Shown: one piece after another, positions 1 through 8,728 of the stretch
How the letters are laid out: the number at the start of each line of letters is the position of its first letter
Position numbering within the stretch: position 1 is the stretch's first letter
Source of the DNA: a bacterium
GTDB taxonomy: Bacteria; CLD3; SB21
Assembly (NCBI GenBank): GCA_013360215.1
Contig: JABWCP010000002.1
Location: 1 to 64,000 of the forward strand
Direction: 5' to 3'
DNA: 64,000 nt
Position numbers and translations under genes: made by a program
Notes under the pieces: model-generated
Told to the model about the DNA's origin: nothing
Databases searched by the model: none
The model's input: only the letters and a program-made list of their open reading frames with translations

Positions 1-1758
1 GGCAATATAGTTATTCATCATTCAGCGGCGGCACGTTTTACGGTAGACACGGTAACGATCAATAATTTTAAGATCGACAATGTTCGCAGTCTTGCGGTGA
101 CATTGGTTGACAGTTTTGGTAACGGTGTTAAAGATACATCTATCGCTTTCCGTGTGATCAACGATGGCGGCGGCGGATCCATATTGAGCACCAATCCTAC
201 GCTTACGGATTCGACAGGCCGTGCCTTTGTACAATATCAATCCGGTTTGACAGTGGGTAGTAATGTTGTTACGGCACGTGCCAATTTTGGCGGGATCACA
301 TCTACGCCGGACAGTGTTGTATTTGATATAACCACGACACTTTTGGATGCGAATGCATCGTATGTGGATAGCAGTTTAGCGCCACGGGAGGTTAGTTTAG
401 GTCAGCGTGTAGGATTTAGAGTAAGTTTTGATAATACGCAGACGTTCCCGATCAATTTGATTGGTGATTCGACGTATATTGAGTTTTATAATGATGCGAG
501 TGGTTTGGTGTATCGTACGTATTTGGATACGAGTGTGAACCGTACGATAGGTGCAGAAGGGTTATCGCAGTTGACGTTCCGAGCGGATACGATGGATATA
601 GGTTTAGGCCGTTATCCGTCGGGATCGAATGACAGTGCTCAGGTGGTGTTGTATGGTGTGGTATTTGATTCTTCGGCGAATGATTATGATACGGTACGTG
701 TACGGTTTGGTAATTCGGAGATGGATACGCTGGTGGTGAAGAGTCCGGCGTTTATGGTATTGGATTCGGTGAAGATGGCGGTAACGCAGGCGGTGCAGGG
801 CGAGGATAGTTTGCGTGTGGATTATTATGTACGCAATACGGGTGAGGTGTTAGCACGTAGTTTTGCGGTATCGGATTCGTTTGCTAATGAGGGTGTCAAT
901 GTGACGAGTGATTGGATACTGGTTGGCGGTGATAAGCCGGACACGGTGCAGGGATTATCCTCGGCGAGTTTTACGCAGTATTATCGTTTGGGTGTGAATG
1001 CACGCAAGGGTATGGTGCAGATGAGTACGCGCGTATCGGGCACGGATGGTAATGATCCGGCGCAGGTGACACGGGATACGCTTTATAATGATGACAGTGT
1101 ACGGATATATCGCAAGGCACAGTTATTTGCGGTGGCGGACAGTTTTGCGGTGTACATGCAGGACACGGTGGTAACGACGCGTACGGTACGTGTGGGCGAT
1201 GTGTTTGAGCTTCGTATGCGGGTGAAGACCGATAGCGGCAGTGTGGTGACGGGCCTCACACCGAGTCCGCTGACGCCGGATAGTTCGGGTAGTGCTCAGG
1301 TGACGTTGCAGAGTGGACCGGTATTGAGTAAGACACGTTTGGATTCCGGTGAAGTGAGTACGGTGGTGTGGACGTACCGTGCGGATAATACGGGACTGGG
1401 GACGCTTAATTTTAGCAGCCAGGTACAGGGTTATGATTCGACGGATAATGACAGGCTGATTGCAAGTAACACGGTAACTAGACTTTTGACGGTGCGTAGC
1501 GGAGTGGCTGATACGGTGGTGACGGCGCAGGCGTTAATTGATACGATAGAAGTATACGGCAGTACGCTGATAGGTGTGGTGGTGAAGGATCGTTTTGGTA
1601 ATGTGGTGCCGGATGATACGGTACGATTTACACGCACGTTGGGTAATGTAGGATTCAATGACAGCAGCCGTAGTACGGTGGACACGCTGGTAGCGACGGA
1701 TGCATTGGGCCGGGCTGCAGAATGTGGTGAAGGCGAAGCTGGTGAGTACACTGGATGA
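1..1758 (+). CDS. Giant Ig-like (Big-1/invasin-type) repeat surface protein, upstream fragment; 5'-truncated by the window edge and frameshifted at ~1711-1716
   Basis: Frame 1 is open from base 1 (GNIVIHHSAAARF...). Big-1-like motifs (VDSFGNGV...TDSTGRA, VKDRFGNVVPDDTVRF...TDALGRA); beta-rich V/T/S/D composition; homologous to the next ORF. Confidence 0.8.
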   Translation, partial: GNIVIHHSAAARFTVDTVTINNFKIDNVRSLAVTLVDSFGNGVKDTSIAFRVINDGGGGSILSTNPTLTDSTGRAFVQYQSGLTVGSNVVTARANFGGITSTPDSVVFDITTTLLDANASYVDSSLAPREVSLGQRVGFRVSFDNTQTFPINLIGDSTYIEFYNDASGLVYRTYLDTSVNRTIGAEGLSQLTFRADTMDIGLGRYPSGSNDSAQVVLYGVVFDSSANDYDTVRVRFGNSEMDTLVVKSPAFMVLDSVKMAVTQAVQGEDSLRVDYYVRNTGEVLARSFAVSDSFANEGVNVTSDWILVGGDKPDTVQGLSSASFTQYYRLGVNARKGMVQMSTRVSGTDGNDPAQVTRDTLYNDDSVRIYRKAQLFAVADSFAVYMQDTVVTTRTVRVGDVFELRMRVKTDSGSVVTGLTPSPLTPDSSGSAQVTLQSGPVLSKTRLDSGEVSTVVWTYRADNTGLGTLNFSSQVQGYDSTDNDRLIASNTVTRLLTVRSGVADTVVTAQALIDTIEVYGSTLIGVVVKDRFGNVVPDDTVRFTRTLGNVGFNDSSRSTVDTLVATDALGRAAECGEGEAGEYTG

Positions 1759-3200
1759 CAGTGTGAACTTTACGATTGAGAGTGAGCCTCGGGCGATCAG
1801 TTATCTGACGATGGGTGTGAATACGAACTGGATAGCCGGTAACAGTGAGGCGGTGACGGTACGGGGCTATGACAGGTACGGTAATTTAGCGACCAATAGT
1901 ACGAACAGTATACAGCTGAGCGGTGTGGTGACGAGTACGCTTAGGACGACACCGGCGAGCGGTGTATTGGCATTGACGAATGGTGTGGCGGTATTTACGG
2001 TGGTGGATACGTTGGCACAGGCGCTGATCCAACTCCGGGCACAGGTTCAGGGATTGGGAACGGAGGTATTGTCGCAGGCATTGAATGTGAAGCACAATCA
2101 GGCATATAAGTTTAAGGATAGTTTGATAACGATTGCCAATACGAAGATTGGCAATAGCCGCACGCTGACGGCAACAGTTCTTGACGTATATGATAATCCG
2201 GTGAAGGATACGTTAGTGACCTTCGTTGTTATTGATTCATCCGATGGCGGTCAATTGACCAGTACAATACCGGTACTTACCGACATCAACGGTCGAGCGA
2301 GCGCTGTGTATCAGACAGGAACAACCGTCGGAATTAATCGCGTGGCTGCCATTTCTTATATTCCCGGCAGTGTGATCGGTATGCCGGACAGTACGTATTT
2401 TGAACTTATTACTATACCGTTGGATGCCAACGCGCAACCTGTTGCTTCATCGTTGAACCCGACGGTTGTTTCGCGCAATCAAAATGTTTCCTTCAAATAT
2501 AGTTTCACCAATACAGGTACATTCCCGGTCAACTTGATCGGTGATTCGACTTATATTCAGATTACACATACGGGCAGCGGCACATCGTATCGCACCACAT
2601 TGGATACCAATGTCAATAAGACCATCGGTATTACCGGCGCAACCCAATTAACGTTCCGAGCCGATACGGTCAAATTACCATCCGGCGTTTACGGGACGGG
2701 CGGCGATAGCATGCGAATTGTACTCTACGGAACACTTTTTGACTCGGCCGCCGCAACATTGGATACCTTGAAGTTTACATTCTTTACGGATCAACTAGAT
2801 CCATTGACTGTTCAGACTCCGGCTTTCCTTGTAATCGACTCGGTATTGATTGATTCAGCTTTGGCGGTGCAAGGTCAGGATAGCATACCGGTTCGTTATT
2901 ATGTACGCAATACAGGCGAAGCGGATGCAATCAGTTTTACAATTACTGATTCGATCAGCAATGCCGGTGCAACTGTAACTAACGATTGGGTGCTTCTGGC
3001 AACCAACAAACCGTCAACCATTTCCGGATTGAGTTCACAAAATTTCACACAGTACTATCGCGTGAAAGGCAATGCAGTACTGGGTACGGATCGCATATCC
3101 AGTATGGTTCGAGCCGTAGACTATAATGATGCCGCGCAAATCAAGTACGATACTTTGTATACCTCTGATACATTGGGTATTCGCGTACCTGCACAACTCC
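1..3200 (+). repeat. Diverged protein-level tandem repeat, period ~2,075 nt (~700 aa)
   Basis: FP(I/V)NLIGDSTYI (ggtgattcgac at 463 and 2540) and YYVRNTGE (tattatgtacgcaatac at 823 and 2897). QLTFRADT, VLYG and FTQYYR are also shared between copies. Confidence 0.9.
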
Positions 3201-6200
3201 AGATTACGCGCACGTATATTGATACGGTTTACAATACGGGCATCTTGAATCGTGACCAGATTGTTCGGATCAAATCACTGGTTAGAAATTTTGGTGAAGA
3301 GTCGGCTAATCTCCGCGTGCATTTCGAAAGCGACGCGGGTAATGCGGATCTCGACAGTATGTTGACGACGACGCTGAACGGAGGGGATTCGCTATGGGCC
3401 GTGTCGCGTTATTTCAGAACACGTAATGCATCCGGTGCAGAAAGTTATCGTGCTTTTGTTGATTCCGGTTACGGACTCATTTCCGGTAGACCGTTAGACA
3501 TCGTTGACCCGATTTCCGGAAATCAAGTTACATTTACGCTGCAGGATTCGGCTGAACTGAAATTGAATTTATTTGTTGATATACCCGGTGACTCGCTCGA
3601 AGTGTCGGATACGGCGAATTTTAATCTGCGTGTAACGGTCACGAATATTGGTGAAGCTTCGTTAAATACGGCATTGGTTCCTGTGCGTGTCCGATTACCG
3701 ATAAACAATATGTTCCGCTACCAGGCTTCACCCACATTAGATTCAGTTTATTTTGTGACGGTCGGAAGCACATTTACAATACCGATGAGTTCGTACCAAG
3801 AAACGCCGGATTATGACTCGGTAGTTGCGCTTTTGGATACCGCTAATTCCGCATTTCCATTAGACATTAATACCAATAGTAAATCCGCTATTCATAATGT
3901 GCGGGACTCGGTTTTCCTGAAAACCAGCAATACCGGAAATCTGATTGCTACGCGCATTCGTATTATAAGCCCGAATGGCGCCGTTGATGGGACGGTTTCG
4001 ACATTCCAAGGATTTACAGTCGAAACGGTAGTAAAAGATCTATCCCGTCTCTCAGGTATGCAAGCGCGGATGATTTTACCAAGTGAAGGTCTGTCTACCC
4101 GCGATAGTTTAGCGCAGGCATTTATACAAAATGTAAATGATTCGGTTGTTACGACATGGCGGATATTCTCCAATACGGATAACGACAGCGTCTATCCGCT
4201 ACGGGTTGTGTATTCAGGTATAGATTCTACAACCGGTGACACGGTCATAAGCGACACACTCAAACTGTCTGCGACGGTTGTACGCCGTGCAGAAATGACA
4301 ACGGCACTGCGTATCACCGGGCCTGTAGGCGCATTGGATGATACACTGTCCTTCGGTCAGGAACTTAGCGTCGAAGCGACGATCCGTAATTTAGGACAAG
4401 CGGCATTCTCCGGTGCCGGTCAGATTACGCTTAATGTTCCGGTCGGATTTGATGTAGTTGCGGCTCCTAATGTATATACTTTTACACGCGATACGATTAT
4501 CAACTGGACCTTACGCGCTAACGCATCCGGTTCATTACAAATGACAGCCGTGGTAAATGTATTACCCAATGACGAAAACACAGATCAACCCGTAGTTGTT
4601 TTCAGCAATGCGGATACACAAAATGTCATGGTTGTCAATCCGGCTGAAATTCTTAACGCGTCCATAACGATCCAAGGTGTTCCGGGTGATTCGGTTTCGA
4701 CAGATCAGATATTTGTTGTCAGTGCGCAATTTACCCAATCGCGTTCACTCACGGCGCGTTATGCTACGATACAATTTCCTAATAACTCCGCGTATCGCCT
4801 GAAAGATGGCGAAGTAGTACTCAAACAAATATCCGATCTGGATAATATTGTCCGCTGGAGTGTTGTGGCGCCTTCATCGCTTATCATTCCGACGGATAAC
4901 GAACAGATCGACTTGGCTCGGATTACATTTGTCGGCGTTGATCGTAACAACAAAGACAGCAATGTGACGGCGCAAGTTGATAAGAACTTTACTTTGCAAC
5001 GTAAAGCCGTTCTGCGTTTGCGTGCTGCGATCATCGAGCCGGTAGATGCTACCGACAATTTTGTCACAAAAAATCAAACATTCCGCATACAGGCAACGGT
5101 ATCCAATCTCGGTTATGCGTTACCACGCGGCCAAGGTATGTTGCTTTTGGATTCGTTAGATGCGGGCAATGGTTTGATCTTTACAGAGCAGGATGTGGCA
5201 AACCGGGATAACATTTTTGATTTTGACAATGGTGATTTTACCGCATCGTGGCTTGTTCGTGCTCCGGATGGTGTGGTTAACCATCCTTTGGTACTGCGCT
5301 TTGTTCATTTACCAACGGATACGAATACACGCGATACCGTGACAGTTGAATCGCGTTCATTCCGCCTTGCCGTTTCGACTGAAGCTAAACAACTTCGTGT
5401 GGAACGTATAGCAACGGATCCGGGTACAACGATTTACGTAAACGGTGTTGTTGACAGCATCATGGCATTGCGGTTGAAGAATAGTTCTTCCACGACCAAC
5501 ACCAACGGCATGATCGTTCAGGAATTTAAATTTGTAGTTGAAACTTTTGATTACAAAACGCGCACGTATAACGACACCAACTGGACTGCTTATTTCGATT
5601 CGATCACGGTGCGACTTATGGGTGAAGAAGTCAGTTTCGGTCGTGCAAACAATCTAGGTACCGATGAAGATACGGCGGTCGTCCGTGTGGACCAAAATGT
5701 AGGATTGAAGAAACTAGCTCGTGCGTTGGCTGTGGATTTAGACTACGGGTTGGCCATTCTTCCCGGAGTCGCCGAAGAAGTTGTATTCAAAGCGAGGGTA
5801 AAACCAGCTGTTGCAGGCAAAAACCCAAATTTCAGATTGATATTGGTGGGCGTGACAGCCTATGACAATGATGTACTGGGCTCGCAAGATGCCGGCATCA
5901 CGGATCTTCCGCTGCTTCCTGCCGTAGATGCTACAGGCAATCTTTTGGGTTCACCGGAAGCCAATGCGGGTAATACAACGCAACAAATGGGCATACAGGA
6001 TCCGGAGAACGGCGGCAAGGTTGCTCAATTTGGTAATTTCCCCAATCCGTTTGGCAGCAGCGGCAAAGAAAAGACGACTTTCCGTTTCAGAGGAACCGGC
6101 GAAAAAGCGGTTATCGAAATTTACACGTTAGCCGGTAATCTCGTAACCAAATTGACACAAAATACTGTAGACGATACACAAGTCGAAATGGTTTGGGATG

Positions 6201-6304
6201 GCCGCAACGGAAACGGTGAAAAAGTGCGTAACGGTGTTTACATTGCCGTACTGAAATCCGGCGGTGAAGGAAAATATACGACAAAAGTGATGGTCGTACG
6301 TTAA
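1700..6304 (+). CDS. Giant Ig-like repeat surface protein, downstream fragment, with C-terminal FlgD-Ig/T9SS type A-like sorting domain
   Basis: Many Ig/CARDB-like modules (V.N.G.A motifs). C-terminus NFPNPF...IEIYTLAGNLV...WDGRNGNGEKVRNGVYI...KVMVVR. No signal peptide at the ORF start, consistent with being the continuation of 1..1716. Confidence 0.85.
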   Translation: MHWAGLQNVVKAKLVSTLDDSVNFTIESEPRAISYLTMGVNTNWIAGNSEAVTVRGYDRYGNLATNSTNSIQLSGVVTSTLRTTPASGVLALTNGVAVFTVVDTLAQALIQLRAQVQGLGTEVLSQALNVKHNQAYKFKDSLITIANTKIGNSRTLTATVLDVYDNPVKDTLVTFVVIDSSDGGQLTSTIPVLTDINGRASAVYQTGTTVGINRVAAISYIPGSVIGMPDSTYFELITIPLDANAQPVASSLNPTVVSRNQNVSFKYSFTNTGTFPVNLIGDSTYIQITHTGSGTSYRTTLDTNVNKTIGITGATQLTFRADTVKLPSGVYGTGGDSMRIVLYGTLFDSAAATLDTLKFTFFTDQLDPLTVQTPAFLVIDSVLIDSALAVQGQDSIPVRYYVRNTGEADAISFTITDSISNAGATVTNDWVLLATNKPSTISGLSSQNFTQYYRVKGNAVLGTDRISSMVRAVDYNDAAQIKYDTLYTSDTLGIRVPAQLQITRTYIDTVYNTGILNRDQIVRIKSLVRNFGEESANLRVHFESDAGNADLDSMLTTTLNGGDSLWAVSRYFRTRNASGAESYRAFVDSGYGLISGRPLDIVDPISGNQVTFTLQDSAELKLNLFVDIPGDSLEVSDTANFNLRVTVTNIGEASLNTALVPVRVRLPINNMFRYQASPTLDSVYFVTVGSTFTIPMSSYQETPDYDSVVALLDTANSAFPLDINTNSKSAIHNVRDSVFLKTSNTGNLIATRIRIISPNGAVDGTVSTFQGFTVETVVKDLSRLSGMQARMILPSEGLSTRDSLAQAFIQNVNDSVVTTWRIFSNTDNDSVYPLRVVYSGIDSTTGDTVISDTLKLSATVVRRAEMTTALRITGPVGALDDTLSFGQELSVEATIRNLGQAAFSGAGQITLNVPVGFDVVAAPNVYTFTRDTIINWTLRANASGSLQMTAVVNVLPNDENTDQPVVVFSNADTQNVMVVNPAEILNASITIQGVPGDSVSTDQIFVVSAQFTQSRSLTARYATIQFPNNSAYRLKDGEVVLKQISDLDNIVRWSVVAPSSLIIPTDNEQIDLARITFVGVDRNNKDSNVTAQVDKNFTLQRKAVLRLRAAIIEPVDATDNFVTKNQTFRIQATVSNLGYALPRGQGMLLLDSLDAGNGLIFTEQDVANRDNIFDFDNGDFTASWLVRAPDGVVNHPLVLRFVHLPTDTNTRDTVTVESRSFRLAVSTEAKQLRVERIATDPGTTIYVNGVVDSIMALRLKNSSSTTNTNGMIVQEFKFVVETFDYKTRTYNDTNWTAYFDSITVRLMGEEVSFGRANNLGTDEDTAVVRVDQNVGLKKLARALAVDLDYGLAILPGVAEEVVFKARVKPAVAGKNPNFRLILVGVTAYDNDVLGSQDAGITDLPLLPAVDATGNLLGSPEANAGNTTQQMGIQDPENGGKVAQFGNFPNPFGSSGKEKTTFRFRGTGEKAVIEIYTLAGNLVTKLTQNTVDDTQVEMVWDGRNGNGEKVRNGVYIAVLKSGGEGKYTTKVMVVR

Positions 6305-6321
6305 ACTCAAAATAAATTGTT

Positions 6322-6359
6322 CAAAAAAATCCTGATCACTACCGGTCAGGATTTTTTGT
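6322..6359 (+). terminator. Intrinsic terminator after the giant surface protein gene
   Basis: aaaaaatcctgatc-actacc-ggtcaggatttttt inverted repeat with A/T tracts on both sides. Confidence 0.85.
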
Positions 6360-6363
6360 TACC

Positions 6364-6394
6364 TTGCATTTCAATAGCTCGTTCTATACATTGC
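6364..6394 (+). promoter_or_regulatory. Putative primary-sigma promoter of uvrD
   Basis: TTGCAT-17 nt-TACATT(GC), about 30 nt upstream of the ATG; same pattern seen at three other loci. Confidence 0.6.
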
Positions 6395-6423
6395 ACGCGC
6401 CAAAAAATAAATAAGGAAAAAAT

Positions 6424-8706
6424 ATGTCCGGCGACGGTTTGACAACAAACCTCAACGATGCTCAAAAAATAGCAGTCCAAACTACCGATGGGCCGGTTTT
6501 GATTTTAGCCGGCGCAGGCAGTGGTAAAACGAGCGTTCTTACGCGACGTATTGCGTACCTTATAGCCGAAAAACAAATCAGCCCGTTTAATATTCTCGCC
6601 GTAACTTTCACCAATAAAGCCGCCGGTGAAATGAAACACCGTATCGAAAGATTAGTCGGGTATCATAGTCAAAAAATATGGATCGGCACCTTTCATTCCA
6701 TTTTCGGGAAAATCCTTCGGAATGAAGCTGAAAAAATCGGTTATTCTAAAAACTACACGATTTACGATTCGGATGATCAGCTCAATTTAGTCAAAATTTC
6801 GATGGAGTATTTGGGCATTTCTCAAGAATTATATTCGCCCAATATTATCCGCGCCAAAATCAATAAAGCCAAAAATACATTTCAAAATCCATCGCAGTTT
6901 CATAAGTCGGTTGATAATCCGATGGATGAAAAGGCGGCGCTAGTTTATACGGATTATGAAAAACGATTACGGCAAGCCAGCGCCTTTGACTTTGATGATT
7001 TGATCGTAAAACCGATTGAACTTTTCCAGCAATTTCCCGACACGCTGACTTTCTATCAGGAAAAATTTCACTACATCCATGTAGATGAATATCAAGATAC
7101 CAACCGGGCACAGTATATTCTTATGAAGATGCTTGCGGCCAAGTATCGCAATCTGTGCGTTGTAGGAGATGATGATCAGTCTATCTACGGATGGCGTCAT
7201 GCGGACATCGGTAATATTTTAAATTTTGAAAAAGATTACCCGGAAGCCAGCGTTTACAAGCTTGAGCAAAATTATCGATCTACAGCGAATATTCTTCAAG
7301 TCGCTAACGAAGTTGTTCGTAACAATGAAATACGCAAAGATAAATCGCTGTGGACAGATAAAGCCCAGGGTAAACTGATTACGGTGTTTGAATGCGATGA
7401 TGATCGCGCCGAAGCTAAGAACATCGCTCAAGTGATTCAAAAGAAAATTCAGCAGGAAAAAATTCGTTTTGCTGATTTTGCCGTTCTTTACCGTACGAAT
7501 GCACAAAGCCGCGTACTCGAAGATGCGTTACGTCAAATGTCCATCGCGTATGTCATCGTCGGCGGGGTTCGCTTTTATGATCGCAAAGAAGTAAAAGATG
7601 TGATGGCGTATCTCAAGTTGATATCCAATCCGGCCGATGTCATCAGTCTTCAGCGTGTGATCAATTTTCCTGCACGCGGCATCGGTAAAACGACATTGGA
7701 AAAGCTTGAGGAGTTTTCTCAGGTGAAAAACATGCCACTCTTTGATGCGTTTCGCAATGTGCGCTCTTTCGGTGCGGGGTTGATCCAGGAGCGAACGATG
7801 GCAGCGATCGTGTCATTTTGCGAATTTATTCAGAAGTATCAGGAATTACGCACGCAGATGGGTTTTGGCGAATGGGTGCGTATATTAATAGACGAACTCG
7901 GGTTGCTTAAAATGTATCAACAGGAAAATTCAGTAGAAGCGATTTCGCGTTACGAAAATATTGTCGAATTGCTCAACGCCGTATCTGAATTTTCTATGAA
8001 ATACGACGCCGAACAAGCTGAAGAACCGGTACTTGAAGCCTTTTTGAAAGAAGTGGCATTAGTTGCCGATGTAGATAAATATGATGAAAACAAAAATGCC
8101 GTTACCCTGATGACGATACACAGCGCTAAAGGTTTGGAATTCCCGTTAGTCGTAGTCGCGGGTCTTGAAGAAGGTTTGTTTCCTCTCGAGAATGCGCGCA
8201 ATAATGCACGCGAACTGGAGGAAGAACGACGGTTGTTTTATGTAAGCGCGACGCGTGCGCAGAGAGAATTATATTTATCATTTGCCAAACGACGTATGCG
8301 GTTTAATAACATTTATCAAACCGATCGTTCCCGTTTTATTGAAGAAGTGCCGGCTAAATTGCTTGATTGGCAGAAAATTTCAACCTATGAGCCGCGGCTA
8401 TTCGAAGGGTCGGGGAAATCCTGGCAATCCAAAAACTACTCCGGTTCTGAACGCGTTACAGCGTATGAAGACGGTCCTTCACGTGTCAAAAAATCGTTGA
8501 AAGATTTTTCAGATGAAATTGTCACATCGGCTGCGATCACTGAAACTAAATATCGTATCGGTCAGCAAGTTATCCATGCTTCGTTTGGAACCGGCACCAT
8601 AAAAAACAGCGAAGGCCAAGGCGACAAACAAAAACTCACGATTCTTTTTGGAGATGGAGTAGAACGTCGTTTGATGGTAAAATACGCCAACCTAATGGTC
8701 AAATAG
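6424..8706 (+). CDS. pcrA: UvrD/PcrA ATP-dependent DNA helicase
   Basis: Motifs LAGAGSGKT, TFTNKAA, VDEYQD, VGDDDQSIYGWR, LEQNYRST, TIHSAKGLEF, EERRLFYV; C-terminal Tudor-like domain (VIHASFGTG). Confidence 0.95.
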   Translation: MSGDGLTTNLNDAQKIAVQTTDGPVLILAGAGSGKTSVLTRRIAYLIAEKQISPFNILAVTFTNKAAGEMKHRIERLVGYHSQKIWIGTFHSIFGKILRNEAEKIGYSKNYTIYDSDDQLNLVKISMEYLGISQELYSPNIIRAKINKAKNTFQNPSQFHKSVDNPMDEKAALVYTDYEKRLRQASAFDFDDLIVKPIELFQQFPDTLTFYQEKFHYIHVDEYQDTNRAQYILMKMLAAKYRNLCVVGDDDQSIYGWRHADIGNILNFEKDYPEASVYKLEQNYRSTANILQVANEVVRNNEIRKDKSLWTDKAQGKLITVFECDDDRAEAKNIAQVIQKKIQQEKIRFADFAVLYRTNAQSRVLEDALRQMSIAYVIVGGVRFYDRKEVKDVMAYLKLISNPADVISLQRVINFPARGIGKTTLEKLEEFSQVKNMPLFDAFRNVRSFGAGLIQERTMAAIVSFCEFIQKYQELRTQMGFGEWVRILIDELGLLKMYQQENSVEAISRYENIVELLNAVSEFSMKYDAEQAEEPVLEAFLKEVALVADVDKYDENKNAVTLMTIHSAKGLEFPLVVVAGLEEGLFPLENARNNARELEEERRLFYVSATRAQRELYLSFAKRRMRFNNIYQTDRSRFIEEVPAKLLDWQKISTYEPRLFEGSGKSWQSKNYSGSERVTAYEDGPSRVKKSLKDFSDEIVTSAAITETKYRIGQQVIHASFGTGTIKNSEGQGDKQKLTILFGDGVERRLMVKYANLMVK

Positions 8707-8728
8707 TGTACATACGAAAGACTATGTT

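Noticed and set aside
1700-1758. Programmed ribosomal frameshift or homopolymer phase variation
   Set aside because: No slippery heptamer or simple repeat at the junction, and about 10 conserved residues are missing, which points to a deletion.
340-3200. Diversity-generating retroelement TR/VR pair explaining the repeat and the A-to-G bias
   Set aside because: The copies are ~2 kb and differ at all base types, not only adenines; no reverse transcriptase is in the window.
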